From: the human T2T-CHM13v2.0 reference genome, Homo sapiens
Assembly: GCF_009914755.1 (NCBI RefSeq)
Contig: NC_060940.1
Strand: one strand, 5' to 3'
Length of the DNA: 64,000 bases
Shown in pieces: positions 15,201-28,772 of this stretch. Below the pieces are notes generated by a model. That model saw only the letters and a list, made by a program, of their open reading frames with translations, was not told where the DNA came from and did no database searches. The position numbers were made by a program, and so were the translations under genes. Within the stretch, counting starts at the first letter, position 1. Every line of letters begins with the position of its first letter.

Positions 15201-18200
15201 TGAATCCTTCAGATTCTACTCGAAGATGATTCCATTCCAGTCCATTCGATGATACCATTCAATTCCATTCGTTGATGCTTCCATTCAAGTGCATTCGATG
15301 ATATCATTCGATTCCATTTGATGATAATTCCATTTGATTCCATGCGATGATTCTATTCGATTCCATTCAATGATAATTCCATTCAGTTCAGTGATTCCTC
15401 TGGACTCCATTTGATGATGATTCCATTCAATGATTCCATTCGATTCTATTCGAAAATGATTCCATTTGAATCCATTTGATGATGATTCCATTAGATTCCA
15501 TTTGATGATTCCATTCGATTCCATGCGACGATGATTCCATTCGATTCCATTTGATGATTCCATTCTATTCTATTCGATGATGATTCCATTCGATTCCATT
15601 CGATGATGATTGGATTTGATTCCATTTGATGATTTCATTTGATTCCATTCGTTAATGATTTCGATCAATTCCATTCGATGATTCCATTCGATTCCATTCG
15701 ATAATGATTACATCCGTGTCCATTCAATGATTCCATTTGAGCCTGTTCGATAATTCCATTTGATTCCAACCAATGATTCCATTCATTTCCATTCAATGAT
15801 TCCATTCGAGTCCATTTGATCATTCCGGTAGGGTCCATTCGATGTTGATTCCATTGGAGTGCATTCGATGATTCCATTCGAGTCCATTTTAGGATTTGAT
15901 TCGAGTCCTTTCGATGATTCCATTCGATTCCACTCGATGATGATTTCATTCGAGTCCATTCGACACTTCCAATCGATTCCATTTGATGTTTCCATTCGAT
16001 TCCAATTGATGATTCCATTCAATTCCATTCGATGATGATTCCGTACGATTCCATTCTGTGATGATTCCATGTGATTGCATTCAATGATGATTCCTTTCGA
16101 TTGCATTCGATTATGATTCATTTCGTGTTCATTCTATGGTTCCACAGGTTTCCATTCGATGATGTTTCCATTCGTGTCCATTCCATTATTCCTTTCTATT
16201 CCATTTGAAGATGATTCCATTCGATTCCATTCATTGGTGATTCCACTCAATTCCATTCAATGATTCCATTCCATTTCTTTCAACAATGATTCCATTAGTT
16301 TCTATTCGATGATCCACTTGATTCCATTTGACGATGATTCCATTCGTGTCCATTCGATGATTCCATTTGATTCCATATGATGATGATTCCATTCGATTCC
16401 ATACGATGATGATTCCATTCGAGTCCATTCAATGGTGATTCCATTCAATTCCATTCGATGATTCCTTTCGATTCCATTCAATGATGATGGCATTCGATTC
16501 CTTTCGATCATTCCCTTTGATTCCATTCAAAGGTGATTTCATTCAAGTCCATTCGATAATTGCATTCGATTCCATTCTATGATGATTCCATTCGAGTCCA
16601 TTCGATGATTCCATTCGAGTCCATTTAATGATTCCATTGGGTTCAATTCAATGATGATTACATTGGATTCCGTTCTATGATTCCATTCAATTCCGTTCAT
16701 TGACAATTTGATTCCATTCGATGATGATTCCATTTGAGTTCATTCGATGATTCTATTTGATTCTCTTCGATGGTGATTCAATTCTATTATATTGGATGAT
16801 TCCATTCGATTCCATTTGATGTTGATTCAATTCGATTCTATTCGATGATGATTCCATTGGATTTCACTTGATGATTCTATTCGATTCCATTCAATGATGA
16901 TTCACTTCTCGTCCATTGGATGATTCCATTTCATTCCATTCGATGATGATTCCATTCGATTCCATTTGATGATTCCATTTGATTCCATGTGTCGGTGAGC
17001 AATTCGATTCAATTCCATGATGATTCTATTTGATTCAATTAGATGATGTTTCCATTCGAATCCATTCCATGATTATTCCATTGGAATCCATTCGGCGATG
17101 ATTCCATATGAGTCAATTCAATGATGATTCCATATGGGTCCGTTCGATGATAATTCCATTTGATTTCATTCGGTGCTTCTATTCAATTCCAGTCGATGAT
17201 GATTCCGTTGGAGTCCATACGATGATTCCATTTGATTTCATTTGATGATGATTCCATTCGATGATGATTACATTGGATTCCAGTCTATGATTCCATTCAA
17301 TTCCATTCGTTGATGATTCGATTCCATTCAATGATGATTCCATTTGAGTTCATTCGATGATTCTATTCGATTCCGTTCGATGGTGATTCAATTCTCTTAT
17401 ATTGGATGAATCCACTCGATTCCTTTTGATGATTATTCCATTGGAGTCCACTTAGTGAATCCTTCAGATTCTACTCGAAGATGATTCCATTCCAGTCCAT
17501 TCGATGATACCATTCAATTCCATTCGTTGATGCTTCCATTCAAGTGCATTCGATGATATCATTCGATTCCATTTGATGATAATTCCATTTGATTCCATGC
17601 GATGATTCTATTCGATTCCATTCAATGATAATTCCATTCAGTTCAGTGATTCCTCTGGACTCCATTTGATGATGATTCCATTCAATGATTCCATTCGATT
17701 CTATTCGAAAATGATTCCATTTGAATCCATTTGATGATGATTCCATTAGATTCCATTTGATGATTCCATTCGATTCCATGCGACGATGATTCCATTCGAT
17801 TCCATTTGATGATTCCATTCTATTCTATTCGATGATGATTCCATTCGATTCCATTCGATGATGATTGGATTTGATTCCATTTGATGATTTCATTTGATTC
17901 CATTCGTTAATGATTTTGATCAATTCCATTCGATGATTCCATTCGATTCCATTCGATAATGATTACATCCGTGTCCATTCAATGATTCCATTTGAGCCTG
18001 TTCGATAATTCCATTTGAGTCCAACCAATGATTCCATTCATTTCCATTCAATGATTCCATTCGAGTCCATTTGACCATTCCGGTAGGGTCCATTCGATGT
18101 TGATTCCATTGGAGTGCATTCGATGATTCCATTCGAGTCCATTTTATGATTTGATTCGAGTCCTTTCGATGATTCCATTCGATTCCACTCAATGATGATT

Positions 18201-18833
18201 TCATTCGAGTCCATTCGACACTTCCAATCGATTCCATTTGATGTTTCCATTCGAGTCCAATTGATGATTCCATTCAATTCCATTCGATGATGATTCCGTA
18301 CGATTCCATTCTGTGATGATTCCATGTGATTGCATTCAATGATGATTCCTTTAGATTGCATTCGATTGTGATTCATTTCGTCTTCATTCTATGGTTCCAC
18401 AGGCTTCCATTCGATGACGTTTCCATTCGTGTCCATTCCATTATTCCATTCTATTTCATTTGATGATGATTCCATTCGATTCCATTCATTGGTGATTCCA
18501 CTCAATTCCATTCAATGATTCCATTCCATTTCTTTCAACAATGATTCCATTAGTTTCTATTCGATGATCCACTTGATTCCATTTGGCGATGATTCCATTC
18601 GTGTCCATTCGATGATTCCATTTGATTCCATATGATGATGATTCCATTCGATTCCATACCATGATGATTCCATTCGAGTCCATTCAATGGTGATTCCATT
18701 CAATTCCATTCGATGATTCCTTCCGATTCCATTCGATGATGATGGCATTCGATTCCTTTCAATCATTCCCTTTGATTCCATTCAAAGGTGATTTCATTCA
18801 AGTCCATTCGATAATTGCATTCGATTCCATTCT
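5304..18833 (+). repeat. Tandem array of six 2255-bp sub-units derived from the 6.1-kb unit
   Basis: ORFs recur at exact 2255-bp steps (6265, 8520, 10775, 13030, 15285, 17540). The novel junction ...CATTCTATGATGATTCCATTCGAGTCCATT|CGATGATTCCATTCGAGTCCATTTAATG occurs at 7559, 9814, 12069, 14324 and 16579. Confidence 0.93.
5756..5766 (-). promoter_or_regulatory. DUX4-type double-homeodomain motif match (TAATTGAATCA), representative of a recurring site
   Basis: The + strand reads TGATTCAATTA, whose reverse complement fits the DUX4 consensus TAAYBBAATCA. This is a sequence match only; binding is not shown. Confidence 0.4.
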
Positions 18834-19703
18834 ATGATGATTCCATTCGAGTCCATTTGATGATTCCATTCAATTCAAGTCAATGATGATTCCATTCGAT
18901 TCCACTCGATGATTCCATTGGATTCCATTCGATGATGATTCCATTCAAATCCATTCGATAATTCAATTCAAGTCCATTCGATGATGATTCCAATCGAATC
19001 CATTCAAAGATTCCATTCAATTCCATTCGATGATGATTCCCTTAGATTCCATTCGATGATTCCACTTGATTCCATTTACGATGATTCCATTCGATTCCAT
19101 GTGATGAATCCATTCAATTCTATTCAATGATGTTTCCATTTGATTCCATTGGACCATGATTGCCTTTGATTCCATTCAATGATTCCATTCGGTTCCATTT
19201 GATGATGATTCCGTTCGATTCCATTTCATTATTCCATTTGATTCCATTGGATGAGTCCATTCGATTACATTCGATGATTATTCCATTCGAGTGCATTAGA
19301 TGATTGCATTCGAGTCCATTCGATGATTCCATTCGATTCCATTCGATGTTGATTCTGTTCAAATCCATTCGATGATTCCACTCGATTCCATTCGATGACT
19401 CCATTTGATCCCATTCGATGATTTCCTGTGATTCCCTTTGATGATCATTCTATTTGATTCAATTCGGTGATTTCATTTCATTCCATTCAGTGATGTTTCC
19501 ATTCGACTGTATTCGATGATGATTCCATTCGACTCCATTCGATTATGATTTCATTCAATTCCATTCAATAATGATTCCCTTCGAGTCCATTCGATGATTC
19601 CATTCGATTCCATTCAACGATGATTTGATTCGTTTCCATTCGATGATTCCATTTGATTCCACTTGATGATGATTCCATTCGAGTCCATTTGATGATTCCA
19701 TTC

Positions 19704-21534
19704 GAGTCTATTTATGTATTATATTCGTGTCCACTTCATGATTCCATTCAATTCCATTTAATGTTGATTCCATTTGATTCCATTTGATGATTCAGTTCGA
19801 TTCCTTGCAATGATTCCCTACGATTCCTTTCTATGATGATTCCATTCGATTCCATTCATTGATGATTTCATTCGACTCCATTCGATGATGATTCCTTTCG
19901 ATTCCATTTGACGATGTTTCCATTCGAGTCCATTCGATGATGATTCTATTCAATTCTTTTCTATTATGATTCCATTCGATTTCATTCAATGCTTCTATTT
20001 GATTCCATTCGATGATGATTCCATCTCTTTCCCTTCGATGATTCCATTTGATTCCATTCAGTGATGATTCCATTTGATTCCATCTGATGATGATTTCACT
20101 TGATTCCTTTCAATGATGATTCAATTCAAGTCCATTCGATGATTCCATTGGAGTCCAAACGATCATTCCGTTCGATTCCATTCAATGGTGATTCCATTCA
20201 TGTCCATTCGATGAATCCATTCAATTCCATTCGATGATGACTCCATTCGAGTACATTCGATGATTCCATTTGATTCCATTTGAAGATGATTCCATTCAAT
20301 TCCATTCGAAGATGATTCCATTCAATTCCATTCGATGATGATTCCGTATGAATCCATTCTCTGATTATTCCATTCGATTCCATTCATTGACGATTCCATT
20401 CAATTCCATTCAATGATGATTCTCTTCTATTCCATTTGATGATTCCGGTCGATTCCATTCGATGATGATTCCATTAGATTCCATTCGATTGTTGCATTCG
20501 ATTCCCTTCGATGATGATTCCTTTGAATTCCATTCGATTATCATTCCGTATGAATCCATTTGATGATTATTCCATTGGATTCCTTTCGATGATGATTCCA
20601 TTCGATTCCATTTGATGATGTTTCTCTTGTATTCCATTGGATAATTCCTTTCAGTTCCCTTCGATGATTATTCTTTCGAGTCAATTCGATGATTCTATTC
20701 CATTCCCTTCGATGATGATTCCATTTCACTCCATTTGATGATTCCATTCGACTCAATTTGGTGATGATTCAATTCGATGACATTCGATGACTCCATTCAA
20801 TTTCATTTGATGATGATTACATTCGAGTCCATTTGATGATTGTATTCCTTTCCTTTTGATGATTATTCCATTCGTGTCTATTCAAAGGTTCCATTCTATT
20901 CCATTCAATGATGATTGCATTTGATTCCATTCAATGATTATGGCTATCGATTCCACTCGTTGATTCCATTTGATTCCGTTCGATGATTATTCCGTTAGAT
21001 TCCATTAGAAGATTCCATTCGATTTTATTCAATGATTCCAATGGATTCCATTCAATGATGATTCCATTCGACTCCATTCAGTGATTCCATTCGAGTCCAT
21101 TTGATGATTCCATTCTTTTCCATTTGATGATGATTCCATTAGGGTCCATTCAATGATTCCATTCGAGTCCATTCGTTAATGCCTTTCGAGTCCTTTTGAT
21201 CACTACATTCGAGTCCATTCAATGATTCTATTCGATTCCATTCCATGATGATTCCATTCGAGTTCATTCGATGATTGCATTCGAGTCCATTTGATGATTC
21301 CATATGATTCCCTTCGACAATGATTCCATTCGTGTCCATTTGATGATTCCATTCATTTCCTATCGATGAAGATTCCATTCAAGTGTATTCGATGATTCCA
21401 TTCAAATCCATTCGATGATGATTCCATTCCAGTCCATTCGATCATTCCACTTGATTCCATTTGATGACTATTCCATTCAAATCCATTTGATGATTCCATT
21501 CGATTCCATTCGATGTCACCATTCGAGTATATAC
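19704..21534 (+). repeat. Divergent ~1.83-kb HSat2 segment, copy 2
   Basis: It leaves the master-unit sequence at GAGTCTATTTATGTATTATATTCG and rejoins at GATGATTCCACTCG...GGAGTCCACTTAGTG. ORFs 19831-21378 have counterparts only at +42166, plus ORF 531 in copy 1. Confidence 0.88.
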
Positions 21535-21669
21535 GATGATTCCACTCGATTCCATTTGATGATTATTCCATTGGAGTCCACTTAGTGAATCCTTTAGATT
21601 CTACTGGAAGATGATTCCATTCGAGTTCATTCGATGATACCATTCAATTCCATTCGTTGATGCTTCCAT

Positions 21670-24600
21670 TCAAGTGCATTCGATGATATCATTCGATTCC
21701 ATTTGATGATAATTCCATTTGATTCCATGCGATGATTCTATTCGATTCCATTCAATAATAATTCCATTCAATTCAGTGATTCCTCTGGACTCCATTTGAT
21801 GATGATTCCATTCAATGATTCCTTTCGATTCTATTCGAAAATGATTCCATTTGAATCCATTCGATGATGATTCCATTCGATACCTTTTGATGATTCCATT
21901 CTATTGTATTCGATGATGATTCCATTCGATTCCATTCGATGATGATTGGATTCGATTCCATTTGATGATTTCATTTGATTCCATTCGATAATGATTTCGA
22001 TCAATTCCATTCGATGATTCCATTCGATTCCATTCGATAATGATTACATCCGAGTCCATTCGATGATTCCATTTGAGCCCGTTCGATAATTCCATTTGAG
22101 TCCAATCAATGATTCCATTCATTTCCATTCAATGATTCCATTCGAGTCCATTTGATCATTCCGGTAGGGTCCGTTCGATGTTGATTCCATTGGAGTGCAT
22201 TCGATGATTCCATTCGAGTCCATTTTAGGATTTGATTCGAGTCCTTTCGATGATTCCATTCGATTCCACTCGATGATTTCATTCGAGTCCATTCGACACT
22301 TCCAATCGATTCCATTTGATGATTCCATTCGAGTCCAATTGATGATTCCATTCAATTCCATTCGATGATGATTCCGTACGATTCCATTCTGTGATGATTC
22401 CATGTGATTGCATTCAATGATGATTCCTTTCGATTGCATTCGATTATGATTCATTTCGTGTTCATTCTATGGTTCCACAGGTTTCCATTCGATGATGTTT
22501 CCATTCGTGTCCATTCCATTATTCCATTCTATTCCATTTGAAGATGATTACATTCGATTCCATTCATTGGTGATTCCACTCAATTCCATTCAATGATTCC
22601 ATTCCATTTCTTTCAACAATGATTCCATTAGTTTCTATTCGATGATCCACTTGATTCCATTTGACGATGATTCCATTCGTGTCCATTCGATGATTCCATT
22701 TGATTCCATATGATGATGATTCCATTCGATTCCATACGATGATGATTCCATTCGAGTCCATTCAATGGTGATTCCATTCAATTCCATTCGATGATTCCTT
22801 TCGATTCCATTCAATGATGATGGCATTCGATTCCTTTCGATCATTCCCTTTGATTCCATTCAAAGGTGATTTCATTCAAGTCCATTCGATAATTGCATTC
22901 GATTCCATTCTATGATGATTCCATTCGAGTCCATTTGATGATTCCATTCAATTCAAGTCAATGATGATTCCATTCGATTCCACTCGATGATTCCATTGGA
23001 TTCCATTCGATGATGATTCCATTCAAATCCATTCGATAATTCAATTCAAGTCCATTCGATGATGATTCCAATCGAATCCATTCAAAGATTCCACTCAATT
23101 CCATTCGATGATGATTCCCTTAGATTCCATTCGATGATTCCACTTGATTCCATTTACGATGATTCCATTCGATTCCATGTGATGATTCCATTCAATTCTA
23201 TTCAATGATGTTTCCACTTGATTCCATTCGAACATGATTGCCTTTGATTCCATTCAATGATTCCATACGGTTCCATTTGATGATGATTCCATTGGAGTGC
23301 ATTAGATGATTCCATCCGAGTCCATTTGATGATTCCATTCGATTCCATTCGATGTTGATTCTGTTCAAATCCATTCGATGATTCCACTCGATTCCATTCG
23401 ATGACTCCATTTGATCCCATTCGATGATTTCCTTTGATTCCCTTTGATGATCATTCCATTTGATTCAATTCGGTGATTTCATTTGATTCCATTCAGTGAT
23501 GTTTCCATTCAACTCCTTTCGATGATGATTCCATTCGACTCCATTCGATTATGACTTCATTCAATTCCATTCGATAATGATTCCCTTCAAGTCCATTCGA
23601 TGATTCCATTCGATTCCATTCAACGATGATTTGATTCGTGTCCATTCGATGATTCCATTTGATTCCATTTGATGATGATTCCATTCGAGTCCCTTTGATG
23701 ATTCCATTCAATTCCATTCTCCGATGATTTCTTTTGAGCCCATTCAATGCTTCCACTCGATTCCATATGATGATGACTCCATTTGATGAAATTCCATGAT
23801 GATTCCATTCGCTTGCATTCGATGATGATTCCACTTGAGTCCGTTAGAAGATTCTATTCAATTACATTCCATGACGATTCTGTTCGAGTCCATTTGATGA
23901 TTCCATTAGACTCCATTCGACGATGATTCCATTCGATGTTATTCGATGATGATTCCATTCAACTCCATTCGATGTTTCCATTCGAGGTCATTCTATTATT
24001 CCATTAGATTCCATTCGATGATGATTCCATTCGATTCCATTTGATGATTGCATTCTATTTCATTTGATGATGATTCCATTCGAGTCCATTCGATGATTCC
24101 ATTCGAGTCTATTTAATGAATCCATTGGTTTCAATTCTATGATGATTACATTGGATTCCATTCGTTGATGATTTCATTCGATTCCATTCAATGATGATTC
24201 CATTCAATTCCATTCAATGATTCCATTCAATTCCATACGATGATGATTCCATTTGATTTGATTCGACAGTGAGCCATTCGATTCAATTCCATGATGATTC
24301 TATTTTATTCAATTGGTTGACATTTCCATTCGATTCCATTCGATGATGATTCCCTTTGATTCCATTCAAAGCTGATTCCATTCTAGCCCATTCAATCATT
24401 CCATTCGATTCTATTCAATGATGATTCCATTCATGTCGATTTGGTGATTCCATTTGACTTCATTTGATGATGATTCTTGTCAAGTTCATTTGATGATTCC
24501 ATTCGATTCCATTTGATGATGATCCCATTCGAGTCCATTTGATGATTCCACTCGTTTCCATTCCATGATGATTCCATTCCATTCCATTCAATGATTCCAT

Positions 24601-27600
24601 TCGATTCCGTTTGATGATGATTTCATTCGAGTCGATTTGATGATTCCATTTGATTCCATTCGATGATGATTACATTCGACTCCATACGATGATTCCACTC
24701 AATTCCATATGATGATGATTCCATTCGATTCCATTCGATGATTCCACTTGATTCCATTTACGATGATTCCATTCTATTCCATGTGATGATTCCATTCAGT
24801 TCTATTCAATGCTGTTTCCATTTGATTCCATTCGACCATGATTGCCTTTGATTCCATTCAATGACTCCATTCGGTTCCTTTTGATGATGATTCCATTCGA
24901 TTCCATTTCATTATTCCATTTGATTCCATTGGATGAGTCCATTCGATTACATTCGATGATTATTCCATTCGAGTGCATTAGATGATTCCATTCGAGTCCA
25001 TTCGATGATTCCATTCGATTCCATTCGATGTTGATTCTGTTCAAATCCATTCGATGATTCCACTCGATTCCATTCGATGACTCCAGTTGATCCCATTCGA
25101 TGATTTCCTTTGATTCCCTTTGATGATCATTCCATTTGATTCAATTCGGTGATTTCATTTGATTCCATTCAGTGATGTTTCCATTCGACTCCATTCGATG
25201 ATGATTCCATTCGACTCCATTCGATTATGATTTCATTCAATTCCATTCGATAATGATTCCCTTCGAGTCCATTCGATGATTCCATTCGATTCCATTCAAC
25301 GATGATTTGATTCGTGTCCATTCGATGATTCCATTTGATTCCACTTGATGATGATTCCATTCGAGTCCATTTGATGATTCCATTCAATTCCATTCTCCGA
25401 TGATTTCTTTTGAGCCCATTCAATGCTTCCACTCGATTCCATATGATGATGACCCCATTCGATGAAATTCGATGATGATTCCCTTTGATTCCATTCAAAG
25501 ATGATTCCATTCTAGCCCATTCAATCATTCCATTCGATTCTATTCAATGATGATTCCATTCATGTCGATTTGGTGATTCCATTTGACTTCATTTGATGAT
25601 GATTCCTTTCAAGTTCATTAGATGATTCCATTCGATTCCATTTGATGATGATCCCATTGGAGTCCATTCAGTGATTCCATTCGTTTCCATTCCATGATGA
25701 TTCCATTCCATTCCATTCAATGATTCCATTCGATTCCGTTTGATGATGATTTCATTCGAGTCCCTTTGATGATTCCATTGGATTCCATTCGATGATGATT
25801 CCATTCGAGTCCATTCGATGATTCTATTCGAATCCATTTGATGATTTCTTTTGATTATAGTTGGTGATGATTCCATTGGAGTCCATTCAATGATTCCATT
25901 CGATTCCAATCGATGGTGATTCCATTAGAGTCCATTTAACGATTCCATTTGATTCCAGTCTCTGATGATTACATTCGAGTCCATACGATGATTCCACTCA
26001 ATTCCATATGATGATGATTCCATTCTATTCCATTCGATGATTCCATTCTATTCTATTCAATGGTGATTCCATTCGAGTACATTAGATGATTCCATTCGAT
26101 TCCATTCAATGATGATTCTATTTGTGTCCCTTAGATGGTTCCACATGATTCCATTTCATGATGATACTATTTGAGCCCATCCAATGATTCCCTTCGATTC
26201 CATTCGATGAGGATTCCATTCGATTCAATTCATTGGTGATTCTATTCAATTCAATTCTTTGATTCCATTCCATTCCATTCGACAATGATTCCATTCGATT
26301 TCTTTCGATGATTCCACTCGATTCCACTTGACATTGATTCCATTCGATTCCATTCAATGATTCCGTTTGATTCCAGTGGATGATGATTGCCGTCGATTCC
26401 ATTCGATCACTCCATTCTATTCCATTTGATGATGATTACATTCGATTCCATTTGATGATTCCATCTGATTCTATTCGAGGATTCCATTTGATTCCATTCG
26501 ATGATGATTCCATTCGAGTGCATTCGATGATTTCATTCGAGTACATCCAATGATTCCATTCGAGTCCATTTGATGATTCCATTTGATTCCATTTGATTAT
26601 GATTCTACTAGAGTCCATTCAATGACTCCATTCGAATCCATTCAACAATTCCATTCGAGGCCATTCGATGATTCCATTTCATGATTCCATTCGAGTCCAT
26701 TTAATCATTACAGTCGAGTCCATTTGGTGATTCCACTGGATTTCTTTTGATAATGATACCATTCAATTACATTTGATGATGCTCCCATTCAATTTCATTT
26801 GATGGTGATTCCATTAGAGTCCATTTGATGATTTCATTCGAGTCCCTTCATTGATTCCATCCGATTTCATTGGATGATGACTCCATTCGAGTCCATTCGA
26901 TGATTCCACTCGATTCCATTAAATGATTCCATTGGAGTCCATTTGATTGTTCCATTCGATTCCATTCGATTCCTTTCGAAGATTATTCCATTTGAGTCCA
27001 TTCGATGATGATTCCATTCCATTCCATTCGATGATTCCGTTTGATTCCATTCGATGATTCCCTTCGATTCCATTCTTTGATGATTCCATTCCATTCCATT
27101 CAATGATTCCATTCGAATCTATTCCATGATGATTCCTTTCGATTCCATTCGCTGATGTTTCCGTTCAATTCCATTCGATGATGATTCCATTCGATTCCAT
27201 TCATTGAGGATTCCATTTGATTCCATTCAATGATGATTCCATTCTATTCCATTCAATGATTGCATTCAATTCCATTCAATGATTATCCCATTAGAGTAAA
27301 CTCAACGATTCCATTCAATACCATTCGATGATGATTCCTTTTGAGTCCATTCAATGATTTCATTCAAGTCCATTTGATGATTCCTTTCAATTCCATTCTA
27401 TGATGATTCCATTCGAGTCCATTCGATGATTCCATTCGATTGCATTCGATGATTCCATTATATTCCATTCAACGATGATTCCATTCGAGTCCATTCGATG
27501 ATTCCATTAGAGTACATTTAATGATTGCTTTGTTTTCAATTCGAAGATGATTACATTCGATTCCATTCTATGATACCATTCGATTCCATTCAATGATGAT

Positions 27601-28772
27601 TCCTCTCAAATCCATTGGATGATTCCATTCGTGTCCATTCGGTGATTTCATTAGATTCCATTCGAGGATGATTCCATTCGATTCCATTCGATGATTCCAT
27701 TCAATTCCATTCGATGATGATTCCATTCCAGTCCATATGATCATTCCATTTGATTTCATTCGATGATGATTCCATTCGATTCCATTCGATGATTCCATTC
27801 TATTCCATTCGATGATGATTCCATTCGAGTCCATTCGATGATTCCATTCGAGTCCATTTAATGATTCCATTGGGTTCAATTCAATGATGATTACATTGGA
27901 TTCCGTTCTATGATTCCATTCAATTCCGTTCATTGACTATTTGATTCCATTCGATGATGATTCCATTTGAGTTCATTCGATGATTCTATTCGATTCTCTT
28001 CGATGGTGATTCAATTCTATTATATTGGATGATTCCATTCGATTCCATTTGATGTTGATTTAATTCGATTCTATTCGATGATGATTCCATTGGATTTCAC
28101 TTGATGATTCTATTCGATTCCATTCAATGATGATTCACTTCTCGTCCATTGGATGATTCCATTTCATTCCATTCGATGATGATTCCATTCGATTCCATTC
28201 GATGATTCCATTTGATTCCATGCGTCGGTGAGCAATTCGATTCAATTCCATGATGATTCTATTTGATTCAATTAGATGATGTTTCCATTCGAATCCATTC
28301 CATGATTATTCCATTGGAATCCATTCGGTGATGATTCCATATGAGTCAATTCAATGATGATTCCATATGGGTCCGTTCGATGATAATTCCATTTGATTTC
28401 ATTCGGTACTTCTATTCAATTCCAGTCGATGATGATTCCGTTGGAGTCCATACGATGATTCCATTTGATTTCATTTGATGATGATTCCATTCGATGATGA
28501 TTACATTGGATTCCATTCTATGATTCCATTCAATTCCATTCGTTGATGATTCGATTCCATTCAATGATGATTCTATTTGAGTTCATTCAATGATTCTATT
28601 CGATTCCGTTCGATGGTGATTCAATTCTCTTATATTGGATGAATCCACTCGATACCATTTGATGATTATTCCATTGGAGTCCACTTAGTGAATCCTTCAG
28701 ATTCTACTCGAAGATGATTCCATTCAAGTCCATTCGATGATACCATTCAATTCCATTCGTTGATGCTTCCAT
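21670..28772 (+). repeat. Rearranged 7103-bp unit with internal back-jump (partial duplication)
   Basis: At ~24746 the sequence returns to CTTGATTCCATTTACG, seen earlier at 23143. Indel bookkeeping (6112-298+1869-580) gives 7103. Confidence 0.83.

Noticed and set aside
19708-19725. AT-rich patch (CTATTTATGTATTATATT) as a TATA-like promoter
   Set aside because: It is explainable as mutated monomers (C>T/A changes), with no other promoter evidence.
19704-21534. Divergent segment as a mobile element
   Set aside because: It is itself HSat2 sequence, it replaces rather than interrupts unit sequence, and it has no terminal repeats, target-site duplication or coding capacity.
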